64,000 nucleotides of DNA from Parasitella parasitica NRRL 2501. Its lineage: Eukaryota; Fungi; Mucoromycota. Made by a program: the position numbers and the translations under genes. The notes under the pieces were generated by a model. The model did not search any database and was not told the DNA's origin. It saw nothing but the letters and a program-made list of their open reading frames with translations. The stretch's first letter is position 1, and each line of letters begins with the position of its first letter. The stretch lies in assembly GCA_025201805.1 (NCBI GenBank), contig MU619244.1, positions 46,821 to 110,820 on the forward strand, given 5' to 3'. Shown here piece after piece: positions 13,278 through 25,924 of this stretch.

Positions 13278-14198
13278 ACTTTCTAGCTCTTGTTCATGTG
13301 TCTATAAAAAAATCATACGTTTTTATTCTCTGTCTTTCTCTTTCTCTCTCTCTCTCCTTAAGCAGTGTTACACGTTCTCGGTAAATCATTATATGATAAT
13401 GTTGTATCACGCAGCTTTGTTCGGCTTTATCAATTTTTGGGATTTTCAAATTACTAAAATCAACCGCCCCATGTACTACCCACATTGTTTTCATTTAATA
13501 TTTTCTTTATTAATTGATTTGCTATAATTGTAGTAGTTGTTTAGTGACAAAATAAACAAGAAGATAAAGTCTTTTCTTATATGCTTGTACCATACTTCTG
13601 TTTCTTTTGATGGACACAAGAGTATTCGGATGCTTTACTTTTGATTCAGGAACCAAACATTTGTGCTCCACAACGATAGATCGATAATATTTTTCAATTG
13701 AAAAGATTGTGTTTAAGCCAACAATCTAAATAATCATTCGTTTAAAATGTTCGTACATGACCTACAGTATTTCTACTTTGAATTCAGGCAATGCTGGTTT
13801 TTTCTAAATGAATCAAAAATCAATTTTTAGAAAAAAATCAATATGGTCTGAATTCAAAGTTGAAATACGGAAATTACCCCCCCCATCAACTTGCTACTGA
13901 ATTGAATCAAGCTCATTGGATTGCATAAAATACAACGTTGCATAAAAGACATTCGTTTTTATTCATTGAATAGAAAGATACATACAGCATAAACGGTTAC
14001 ATGGGAAAGACATAAATTTTGATGTATAAACGGATAAGGACATAGTTAGTTGAATGGTGTAGTGCGATAAATACATATAACATAAAACGGAAATAACTAA
14101 AACGAGATCAAAAACCGTTTTAAAATCCAAGATCAAGATAAAAGAGCTGAAAAAGAATGAAACGTGTATTACACATGTATGCATACAAGCTGAAAGCA

Positions 14199-15593
14199 CT
14201 AGTTTAACGCTTGATATTTGTGCTCCCCCTTGGATTTATTTCGCCTCATTTTCACGCTAGTCCCACCATTCAGTGCGATATCCTGTTTCCATGCTTCTGC
14301 ACATTTAGGATCCACTTTCCAGTGACGCTTAAGAGCATCGCTTCGTGCAAATCTTTTAAGACAAAAGTGACATCCATGAGGCTTTAGACCAGTGTGTTGT
14401 AATTCATGTCGTTTCAAATCATGAAAACGAGCAAATGTCCAATGGCAAGGTTTGTACGTGCAGACATGAGGCCTTTCCTGAGTATGTGTTTTCATGTGTG
14501 ATTTAAGGTTGTATGGCCGCAAGAATTTTTTGTAGCAGCCGGGTTCTGAGCAAGGAAAGCTAGCTTGGGTATTGTTGGTTTGTTTGTGTTCTATGCCATT
14601 CATGTTATTGTTGCTGCTACTACTGCTGGCGCCGCTGCTGTTACCATAAGAGTCTGATGTCGATGATGTTGATGTTGATGATGATACACATGCATCATCC
14701 TCTTTTGCAATTATTGTTGTCATCAAATGATTGTTTTGTTGGTGGTGCGAATTGCACTTGATTTCACACAGCTTTCCAAGTTTGGCACTATTATCCGTTG
14801 GATTGGTATCATGTCTAGAGTGGCCAACATAATAAGAATAGAGCTGTTGATTGTTATAAAGCGTATTCATTGGAAATGCTGGTACAGACGGATAGCTGGT
14901 TGATGCCTGATTATTAATGTATGTAGCTTGTTGATTTGTGTAATCATGTCGATATGAAACATATATGCTGTTGTTACTAGTGCTGTTACTGTCACTGGGT
15001 ATCATTCCATTTGGAACTCTCGTATAGTACATGTTTGACGAAGCTGCACTTGCAGAATAATCAAGGCCATTAGTGGTATGAGCATTCATGTCATAATTAA
15101 CTGCCGCCATTGATCCATGGTTATTACTATGACTATTATTGTTGTATTGAAATAACAGCTTTTCATGATGTGCTTGTGTTTCAGGTTGAAATAGAGGCAT
15201 CACCATAGGCTGTTGATAAGCTGACTGGTGTTGTGATGCTGACGTTACAGCAGTGGCACTACCGTTGTTTTTTCCAAACACCATAGGATCAATCAATGCT
15301 ACATGATGGGATGGCGAAGAAAAAGAAGGGGCACAAGAACTCTGTATGTGATTATCATCCTGGTTGTTCATTGGAGTTGAGCATGGCGAATAGCTATCTG
15401 CTCTAGAGAGACCAGATGAAGATGGCGATATCCCAGCCTGTTGCTGCTGATATTGAAACCAGCGCTCGGTTGGATTTTGGGTCATGTCAACTTCAGTCTG
15501 ATTGGGGGGGTAGTAAACTTGTGCAGCAGACATGGTATTAGCATAAGAAGATTTGACAGAATCATTTTTGCAATGATTTTCCAAATTGTTCAT
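14199..15593 (-). CDS. C2H2 zinc-finger transcription factor (three C-terminal fingers; Crz1/Ace2-like array)
   Basis: [33 protein letters not shown]...[38 protein letters not shown]; Q/N/S-rich N-terminus. Confidence 0.88.
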   Translation of the reverse strand: MNNLENHCKNDSVKSSYANTMSAAQVYYPPNQTEVDMTQNPTERWFQYQQQQAGISPSSSGLSRADSYSPCSTPMNNQDDNHIQSSCAPSFSSPSHHVALIDPMVFGKNNGSATAVTSASQHQSAYQQPMVMPLFQPETQAHHEKLLFQYNNNSHSNNHGSMAAVNYDMNAHTTNGLDYSASAASSNMYYTRVPNGMIPSDSNSTSNNSIYVSYRHDYTNQQATYINNQASTSYPSVPAFPMNTLYNNQQLYSYYVGHSRHDTNPTDNSAKLGKLCEIKCNSHHQQNNHLMTTIIAKEDDACVSSSTSTSSTSDSYGNSSGASSSSSNNNMNGIEHKQTNNTQASFPCSEPGCYKKFLRPYNLKSHMKTHTQERPHVCTYKPCHWTFARFHDLKRHELQHTGLKPHGCHFCLKRFARSDALKRHWKVDPKCAEAWKQDIALNGGTSVKMRRNKSKGEHKYQALN

Positions 15594-16998
15594 ATTAATA
15601 TGGCAGCGTATAGATTTTTTAAATTAAAGATATAGCAAAGAAGAGAGAAGAAAGAGAAAAGAGATACATGAGCCCATCTTTTCTGATTTATATATCCAAC
15701 CTGGTGGAGAGAAAACTATTACTAAATGGAGAACAGGTGTGGAATCCCGGTGGTGGCCCTCTTTAAGATTTACAGCTTTTTTTGGACATTTGTCGCCGGC
15801 GTTTCCTAAACCATATTACCTTGATTTCTCTCCTCCCTTCTCACGTGTATGTAATCTGGTGGAGAAAATATGCAGACACTTTTTGTGTGCCTTCTTCAAA
15901 GCTGCGGCAGAAGAGGGGTTTACAAGGTATGTCTATATGCACATATTTATAGCAATCCGTAACAAGGAAATCACAAGAGAATTGAAAAAGCAAGGGATGA
16001 TGTTCTCCATAGCTGTGAAAGAATGAACTACACGATACATGTCCGTCATATATAGTAATATTTGACAACAATTTATACAGAGCATTGAGCTTGATGAATA
16101 ATCTACCATACTATGTCCAATAGAAATGGCATAAACGCCGTAGTTGTACAATACATGCTCATAAAGTTTGAATTTTTGTGCATACATGGAGGAATCTAAT
16201 TGTATGTAGTTTGGTCAATGCTCAATCGAAGACTATATCTCGCACTGGTAAAATGTAAGTGGGGCTTTGTTTGTCGCACTGATTTGAAATGATAAACAAC
16301 AAATGAGCGCCTCGATGAGCGCTTTCTTTGTTATCCTAGGAAAAAGTTCCAAGCGATGCAAATAACATGTACAAGAATTACAATTATATAAAATTTGATG
16401 CAAGACGCACATTGTCATATACAGCCTGCGAGTAGCGTCCGTATATTCTGCGGATACATGCTTATTACTATCTAAATCATTAAAGAGGATAAAGGACTAT
16501 CTACAGTCAGTTGCATATTGGCGTTTGTTGGTCCAAACGTCTCGATACATACTAGTAGATGTTTGATATTTTCACATGCACTACTACCATGTTGAGCACT
16601 TGTTGACATAACCCCTCCCCCCACCCTTCCCTCTTTCTCTCAATTGTGCTAGATTTTGTTTCTTATCTGAATGAATAAAGCGGTAAACACACGTGCAAGC
16701 GCTCTCTCGACTAGACCTTACTCGGACAAGGCTCCAGGTGTGATGAATTGGTTAAACCGCTTCAAGTCCAAGATAAACATCACATACTTATTACAGCATT
16801 TTCTATACCTATAAAAAGTTTCCGATAAAGAAGTCTGGAACGATACGTGCAATCGCTGAGAAAATGGTCCATGATAACCAGTTGGATATGTAGGCATTTA
16901 CAGTTTTAACAAACGAGTCTCAGGCGGTCACATACATGAAAAAAGCTGCTTGTTAAAGGCTTTGTTCTTTTGCTTTTACAATACAATTGAAATTAAGG

Positions 16999-18728
16999 AT
17001 GGAATCTCAGCAAGCTGCCATTGAGAAGCTTAAAAAAATCACAAAAGGTGTGCATTTTGGTCATGCGAATGCTTTGTACATGGTACTCATCTTGGTGTTT
17101 AGAGCTCACTTGTTCAATTTGCACATACATAATGGATGATCCAAATGCTTTGCATTGCGGTAATTTTGAACCATGGCAATGACCTAACCAATTTATACTA
17201 AAAATACTTTTTGCAGGTCATTCATTTTGTGGCATTTGTATTCATGAATGGCTGGAAAATTCTAAAACATGCCCCCTATGCCGCGTTCCTATTGTTCGAC
17301 AGCCAGTACATGTAACTGCTCTGCAAGAATTAGGCAAGTACTCGTCGAGCTTCACAGCAATGTTCTGATGATAACGCGGCAATATTTAGCTGATTTAATA
17401 CGTTCTACACCGTCGACAAGAAAAAGACTCATTCGTGAAAATTGGGTCAGTTTATTCCCTTTACAAAACAATATCACCTACATTATAGATCAGGATGAAG
17501 ATGGCATAGTGTAAGTGCTTGGCCATCCAACATTGTGATACTGCTTGACGTCTTTTTTTAATTTGTCAGCCATCGATGTTCACAATGCTCTTGGGAGCTT
17601 ACCGAAGAAAACTACTGCGTTCGCTGCGAAATACAATACAGCGGTGCCCTGCCCATTCGAGACAACCACCAGGGTGGTGGGTCTGACATCGATTCTGATA
17701 TGGATGAGCCAGAATCCAACCTGGAGGGCTTTGTAGTCAGCGATGATGAAGTCGAATATGATTCGGACCAATTCAGCAGTGATGTAAGACCTCATCGTGC
17801 TAGCAGAAGCATTGCTAACGACGATTCAGAGTGCGAGTTGATAACAGAAACCCGCTCTGCAGCATACAGCCTGAACTCACAAGATGCTATTGAGATTAGT
17901 GATGGTAAGCCTTGTATGTGGGAATAGTAGATTAAGACTTTTTAAGACTTGTTTATCTTGTGTGTAGAGGATGATACCCCGTTTGGATCAAGGTCGAGTC
18001 GTAAACGTAGAATTCAGTACATTAGTGATGATGAAACTGATGACGGCCAAGCGCTAGTAGAGAGTGAAATGCAGTCTTCAAATGGCGAAGAGAATAGCGA
18101 AAACGATGGTGGCAGAGTCGACAGTGACGAAGAAAGTAGTTATAGAAATATTTACGACACCGACAACGAGATAGCAGGCAACGAAGATGAAAATGGCATA
18201 ACGCGTAAAGCGCAAAAAGTAAATCCAACAGCCAGTAGATACACTTTTGATCCGTACAATATGTCAGAGATGGAAAGCAACGAGGAGAATGAAGATGAAG
18301 ACTTTCCAGACGACCCATTTTCAAGGCCCTCCTCACATCGATTCATAGATGATTACGCTGTCGAGGACAGCGAAGAGGAGGAAGATAAGCCAAAAAAAGT
18401 TGATCCAATAACCGATAATATCAATCGAGCCAGACGCCAAATGGAATCGAGCAATACAGACAAATACAAGACGCTAGATACAGACAGTGATAGCAGTGTC
18501 AGTGATGACAGCGAAGCTCCTGATTACGACTTTATGAGCTCGCCGCTGAAATCGAACCGGCCCTCTCCTATACCGGTAAAAGCAGCGTCTGCGCAAACAG
18601 GAGGCGAGGCTTCAGCAACGAATACATTGAAAGTTGATAAAAGTAAAAAGAAGGCCAAAAAAAAAACAAAAAAAAACAAGAAAAGCAAGTCGAAAAGAGA
18701 CAAAAAGAAGCATAAAGCTCATGAATAA
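16999..18728 (+). CDS. C3HC4 RING E3 ubiquitin ligase, Psh1-like (RING, second Cys cluster, acidic region, Lys-rich tail), multi-exon
   Basis: Spliced [45 protein letters not shown]; [24 protein letters not shown]; D/E-rich region; includes a GC-AG intron at 17334-17389. Confidence 0.8.
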
Positions 18729-18896
18729 CATATCCTAATAAAGTTAAGAAGCCATTGTAGAATATTAGAGGCAATCTTCAACCTAATCAGCCACTACTGA
18801 GGCCATATATTTCTTTTAAATTGCGGACAAAACAAATGGGTGACCACATGCGCATTTTTTTTTTACTACCTTGTACTTCAAGTAAAATTCAAATCA

Positions 18897-20580
18897 ATGG
18901 ATGAATTCAATACCTGTGTCATTTGCTCTGAAAATTGGAAGAAAACAGGAAGTCATCAAGCAGTTAGTTTGGCTTGTGGCCATTTATTCGGAAAAAAGTA
19001 AATCGACATGTAGATGTTCGAAACACGCAAACTAAGGCTCAAGAATTCCTTGTAGATGCATTGAACGATGGATACAGGATTGTGGAAGAAAATATGGCGC
19101 CAAGGGCATTAGTTGTCCCATGTGCATGTAATAAACAATTTTATGCATTAGAATAGATCATGCAAACATGCTTATCACAATGTAGGAAGACTGCGCGCTT
19201 GACAGATCTTCGTAATGTTATCCCGTCAAGAATTACAGCAAAAGATACTGCTGTATCAGATAGACTGAAAGCAGAACTCGACAGAAAAAAAAAACAAGTT
19301 AAAGAGGATGAACGATCACTAGATAATTCTCGATTAGCATTAGCTGTGCTTGCTAACCAGATCAAATCACAAGAGGCGCAACTCAAATATAGGTGAGTAT
19401 TAAAGATATCACCAAATGTGTAGCCCTCATCTGTCTAACCAGCTGAAATTCAACAGAGCAGAGCGATTAATCAGTACGCCGTTATCTCAACCTCAGCCCA
19501 GCAATACTCAAAGCAAGCCCATAGACAAGCCAAGATTAAAGCGCTATGCAATCTTCTTTTCACATCACCTTTCTGGAAATCGAAATGTATCTAGAGTCAT
19601 GGATTTTGACACGTCAAATAAACTATCGTATATATCATTCAAATCGACCGAATCAGAATATGGAGTATTGAAGTTGAACCCACAGGATCCAAAGAATACT
19701 GACTTCACCCCTGTCCATACCAGTCCTATCAAAGATATCAAATACAGCGATCTTGGCTTGATCATGACAGCCAGCTTGGACAAGTCATTGCAATTTACAT
19801 CTGCTACATCTAATACTGTGACAGGTAGTATACCACTGCCATCACCAGGCTGGTCATGCTGCTATGACCCAAACGATGAATATAAAGCTATTTGCGGGTT
19901 AGCAGATAGTACAGTGATGGTTTACGACAGGCGCAATACAAAATCATTTCTGCAAAAATACCAATCTCCATCAATATTACCGACGCCACTACATTCGCTG
20001 TTTGCCAGAAATGTCAATCATGAACCAACCCTTTATTGTTCCAACTTGAAGCAAACATTTACCTGGGATGCTCGCTCTAGTTGCAAATTATGGGACCTCA
20101 ATCAACACACTGGCAAGTAAATTTCTCTTGTTATATTCCAAGAAATAGCAACTAATCGACCTATCAATCACTCCAAAAGGCTATAACCCGTACTCGTTTT
20201 CTAGTCATAAAGGTACAGATCAAGGAAACTATGTCCTCCTGTCTTCTAGAGACAAAACATCTACTAAGCATCAAATCATTGACGTTGACTCCAACACTAA
20301 CATCCCTACCGTTTTAACTACCGTGAAGTCTGTCGCTCCACAAAATAGCCTTACTAAAACGTTTTCGTATACCCCTCAGGATAGCACTGATAGCCCAATA
20401 ATTGCCTATAGTGATCAAGTTGCGGGTTCCCTGAATCTAGCGAGAAATGATGGTGTGTTCCAGCATTTTAATATACACAACTGTCCTCTGGATATTGGAC
20501 TATTCAATGACGAACATTTAGCTTTTCTAACTGACAATAGGTTTTTTCTTATGAAGCCATTGTACGATACTGAGCAATAA
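18897..20580 (+). CDS. RFWD3-like RING plus WD40 E3 ubiquitin ligase, multi-exon
   Basis: MDEFNTCVICSENWKKTGSHQAVSLACGHLFGK..CIERWI; coiled coil; WD-like HTSPIKDIKYS..MTASLDKSL and WSCCYD. Confidence 0.8.
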
Positions 20581-21656
20581 CTCTCAATTGTTTTAAAGAC
20601 TGTTATACATTACAGACACCTTTACTCTCTTGTGCTGTATAGCTCAAATAAATATTGATACCTCCTCTCTGCATTAATATTTGATGTTTGTACACAATAA
20701 TAATAAATCGTAGCTAACAGTATTTTGCATCGTGCAATTTTATTATTCACCCAAGATAAGCAAAGATGTACATACTAGAAGAAAGGATAATAAATTCAAA
20801 ATGAACGATTAGGCCTGCTTCGCGAAGCGAAGCTGCTCAAAAGACATTGTTTTTCTGTTCAGTTTGAACTGACGCTAGTACTCAAGCTGTCCAAACTCAT
20901 CATCACACTGCCCTTAACGATGGTGACCTCATTAACGAACAGTTATCCTTCTAATGACGATGTGAAGCCTGTATTACATTATCCACTTCGCTACTGTATA
21001 ACGAAATAGGTAGTTTTTGGTCCCTAACTTCGACTAAAGACAACGCCAGCTATCCAAGATTTGACATAATGCATAGCGTCATACACTGGCGTCATTAACT
21101 CCACCAGAAGATGTATACATTGTTCCGTTGCATGCCTATACACAAACGGTTGGCTACAGAAAATGCCAATTTTCATACAAAAAATACATAGAAACACCAA
21201 GATATTTGCCTAAATATATTTGCATGAAGCCTTTTCGCATACTTGTTTGATACTTCCAAGATCAAAGGTGAGGCATATGTGGAAACTTATCTACAGAAGT
21301 ATTTATTTTTTGATTAAAACAGAAGTTTTTCTTGCCACGATAAACTGCTACTTTCAATATGTCATATAATTCAACAACGACATCAATCATTTTTACAGCT
21401 TTCTAGTTTAAGCAACCTGACAGATCCAACGAAAAATCGAAATCAAATTCAAAATTTTTCAGTTCGGTTCTAATTTCGAGTTTAACTCGCTAAAAGCTAA
21501 TTGGAATAAATAGCTACATTATGGATTGTTTTTGCTTTGCAACTTGCAAAGACTTAAAAATCCGCGTTCGCTCAAAAACTTGTGTTCCCTGAAATAAAGC
21601 ATAATTAAAAACACCGTTTAAATTTTACATTCTCTTTCTTGAACAAAACTATTCGG

Positions 21657-24529
21657 ATGAGCGTATCATTAAATGAAAAGCCAAAGATGAGCAAGTCAAC
21701 ATCACAGAAAACTCTACCGCCTATTCCATTTGGAGATGAAGACATCAGTACTAACAACGGCAAACTAGAACAAACCAACCCAAACGCTTTGGAAGAGCTA
21801 GACATACTTTTAAGAGAACCGGCACTTGGAGGGGAACCCAGTAAAGAAGTATATTTCATCATTTAAATCAAGAGGAGTAATGTGCGCGATATTAACATGA
21901 TATTTTTCTTTTAAAAAGTATACCAACAGTGTGTCTGACAGTGACGAAGATTCCCTAGACGTTGAAGACTTTGACTTCAATCAAATATCTTTCGACGAAG
22001 TAGATGGTAATAGTATGAATCAAGACGATTCGTTGTTATACTAAAAAAAAAAAAAAACGCTTCAGATCAAATCTTGGCATTCCAAGAGGACAAAATAGTG
22101 AGTCAAGCTCTTGAAAATGAAATGGATTTGCGTGAATATGCAAGGCAGATTGCGCAAGAGAAAGCATCGGTACAGCGAGACCTCGAGAACAACTGTAAAT
22201 AAAGATATAATGGACTAACAACATGGAATACTGATTTTTTTCATTGGCAGACCTCGAACATGTTCAATCATTCGTCGATTTGCACACAGAGATCCAGGTA
22301 AATTGGACACAAACCCGTCAAGCAAAATACTGACATAATGTCAACTGCAGACATGTGATGAAGTTTTAGGCCGTATGGAAGAGTTATTGAGCGTATTTCA
22401 AAGCGATCTCGGTAATATTAGTGGAGAAATTCAAAATTTGCAGCAGCAATCCACGTTCATGAGCGTCAAATTAAAGAATCGAAAGACAGTGGAGGGTAGA
22501 TTAGGGAAAGCACTACAAGGAATGGTGATCCCGCCATTTGTTATCAAAAAAATCACAGAGGGAGAGGTGGATGAAGTATGGCTAGAGTATTTGTTGACTA
22601 TCAACAAACAAATGAGATTTGTCAAGGCAAATCAGCATAGGCCCATCAAAGCTTTACGCAATGTTGGACCAGAACTCGAGAAATTACGTCTGAAAGCAGC
22701 TGCAACCATCCGAGACTTTTTTGTTTCACGAATTCAATTTTTGTGCGTACCTAATGCCAATATTCAAATCATGCAGCAATCTGTCTTTTTGAAATACAAA
22801 GAATTACATTTTTTTCTGTTAGAAAGACATCACGAAGCTGCCAGAGAGATTAGACAATCGTATATGAATTCGTTAAGGTGGTATTTTCAAAATCATTTTG
22901 AAAGATACAGTAAGGGACTATCAAAGCTTCAGGTAAGCATTCGGTGGGGGGGGGGTGGAGAGGTGTGGATAGTATCTCCCTGTAATTGACAAGACCTACT
23001 TTTAGACTGCTTCAGCCGATAAAACTGATTTGATCGGTGCAGAGGAAAGCAATCGCAAAGGAGGGTTATTTGGGACAAACAAGGTAACCTTAAAGGATAA
23101 GACAAATCTGTTTGCCTTAGGCGATCGAAGCGACACCTTGAGGATACAAGATCCTGGCGTTATTCTTGTACATGTTGCTGAAGCGAAAGAGCAGGTAAGA
23201 GTGTATCAAAGAGAGTCTTTTTAGTGCTTGTATTTGCTAATTGGTTTGTATATCAATAGAAATACCAGTTCGAACAGCTATTCAGAAGTTTCAACCTTAC
23301 ACTAATCGATAACGCCAGTTCTGAATACCTATTTATTTACGAGTTTTTTTCCAGAGATCCGAAAACAGCCGCTGATACTGCAAAACTCATCTTTCAATTT
23401 ATCTTTGAACCTACAGACAAAGTTGGCATGGTAATACTATACAAATCGATCTACATGGATGGGGGTTATTGACTACAGAGCTAGAACTTTACAAAAAATT
23501 ACGTTGAAAACTCATATGACGCAGTTGGCCTCTTATTATGTATTCGCATCAACACGCAGTTAGCGTTGGAGCTGCAACGGAGAAGAGTACCAGCGTTAGA
23601 AGGCTACACAAATGCAACGAATATGTTGTTATGGCCAAGATTCCAGCATGTGATGTCCCTGCATATAGAAAGCTTGAAAAAAATGTTCAACAGCAAATCA
23701 GTAATGAGTGCAGTCAAAGACATTCATCCACATTATGTAGCGTATTTCAAAAAGATGGTTAGGCACAAACTTTGCTGACCATTTTTTATAGATTACAAGG
23801 CGTTATTCTGAATTTGCGGCATCGCTGCTTGTGTTGAACGACGGCTATGATGATGCCATTTTATCAAAAAGGTACTGTAACATCTGACATTTTGTGAAAT
23901 CACACACTGATAGCACATGCAGTGTTCATAAGCTTCGCGATGAATTTGAAGCAGTGTTATCACGCATGTCACACGAGTTTCCAGAATCACCTAGACGAAT
24001 TGCATTCCTTATCAACAACTATGACTTGATAGTTTCGGTTTTCCAGGTAAGAACGTTGTTGAATGAATGATTTAAGCTGTGGCTAAATCATGTTTGGGTG
24101 TAGGGGACACATAGTCGAGCAGTCGATGGCGAACTAGACTACATGAAGCAGTTGCTAGCGTTGCAAACCAATGCATTTGTTGACGAGCAGCTTAAACCCT
24201 ACTTTGGAGCACTAATCGATCTAGTCAAAAAATCAGAACACATACAAGATTTGACAACAATTGAGATACTTGATCTCGAAAGAATAGCAGCACATTTTTC
24301 ACAAACATGGCGACAATCGCTTAAATCAATCAATGCATCAGTCATACAGTATTTCTCGAATTTCAAGAATGGAACAACAGTGTTACATGCAGTATTGGGT
24401 CAACTAATTGTCTATTATACCAAGTTTCTGGATATCTTGGAGAAAAGAGGGGGAGGAGCTTCGCGTATTCAGCCAGTCGGTGTACAGACATTGATGGTAG
24501 AAATCAAAAAGTTTAGAAGTACATTTTGA
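21657..24529 (+). CDS. VPS52: GARP complex subunit Vps52 (Sac2), multi-exon
   Basis: FQSDLGNISGEIQNLQ, LEKLRLKAAATIRDF, LIDNASSEYLF, LLWPRFQ, PHY..TRRYSEF, YFSNFKNGT and LMVEIKKFRSTF. Confidence 0.92.
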
Positions 24530-24776
24530 AAGTTGATTATTAAATAAATGTCTACCCACAATTTGGGTGGCTGGCAGTAGACTTTATAACCAACCTGTCA
24601 CGGAGTAGGATGATATCTTTAACATCGTTATTAGATAGAGCTTGGAATCGGCAATAAGAGGATTATCAAGTGTGGACACGCGATGAAGATTTATTTTCTA
24701 AATTCTAAATTCGAAATTCAATGAAATTGAGGAATCCGTGAGTTAATGCTGTATACATCGTTAACTTTTTGTGATC

Positions 24777-25820
24777 TGGATGTCCTTCTAACAATGTGTG
24801 ACATCCAAAGTTGCCCTAGGGTGTTTGGGTGAGGGGCTTAACCCCTCTTCCAAGGACCTAAGTCATGAAGTTTTTGACATTTGCTTTCTTCTATCAATAT
24901 GCCTCCTGTTCAGACTAGAAATTGCGCAAGCTGCAAAATTGCTCTTCCTGAAACCTCTTCGTTCCGAAAATGTGATTCATATCGTGTAAATAAAAATTGT
25001 TTGCCGAATAAAACTGTAAATTGAGCAAGCTTTGCATTGGGAAGCAGAAAGAGCTACCAATCAAACGAGAAACGACAATCGCTTCTATGCTTGCTGTAAA
25101 AAAGGAAAGGCTTTATTGCCCTTATTACAAGAACCGCCTAAGCCTTTGAATGGATTGATCAACGGAAGTCATCCACGCTCAGCGCATTTCTTGCAGCATA
25201 TGAGACGGTACAACATTTTGTTTGCGTTTACCTCATTTGGTACTGACACCACCCCTGAGCAACTTCAACGAGAGAGATAAGAAGAAATCAGAGGTGGAAT
25301 CACTCCAGTTTGTGTTCGTCCAAATATACAAGCACGCTCACGAAATTTTGAGAGAGGAAGAGGAGCGACAAGCCCAAAATGGTATCAACGAGGATGCTCA
25401 CATCAGGCTCAACCTTCAGATGCGAATGGGGTGAATTGTTGGTGAAGACAGACGCACCTAAAATCTGCCAACTGTCAACGAGGTTGCGGCTATCATACCC
25501 AACGAATATGCTGACAGGAGTCTCAGAGATAGTTTGATTACATATCGAAATAGCTCCTCCACCAGTGCTCAGGGTCTTTTCAAAAGAATTAATGAAACGC
25601 ATGCTGCCCACATGCCTCTTCATTATGTCTTGCTTTTCCCTAGAGGCGAATATTCAGTAGAGGGGGGTTCAAGGGGGATACCTCCCCTTGACTATTATGT
25701 AAGCTTCTCCATTATCAATGCTTGATTGCTTGATTGATTTAACTAAATTTTTATTGTAGTGTAAATTATATCTTCCCGCAGGGCGACGCCTCATCGAGCG
25801 TAGCGAGATCAAACGGCTAG
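24777..25820 (+). mobile_element. Internally deleted, non-autonomous Helitron remnant (5' boundary approximate)
   Basis: Frame-disrupted RepHel N-terminal fragments MPPVQTRNCASC..., LHWEAER, CCKKGKALLPLLQEPP..L..L, FLQHMRRYNILFAFTSFG, NEVAAIIP and RINETHAAHMPLHYVLLFPRGE. A hairpin at 25793-25809 is followed by CTAG (25817-25820) and then T. Confidence 0.8.
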
Positions 25821-25924
25821 TAGCAAAAAATACGGTAAATTACAATACACAAAAGGTAACCTACATTCTGATTGTCTCGTGTCCATGTTATCTAAGCAGT
25901 TTATAGTAATGGTTACGTAGCTCA

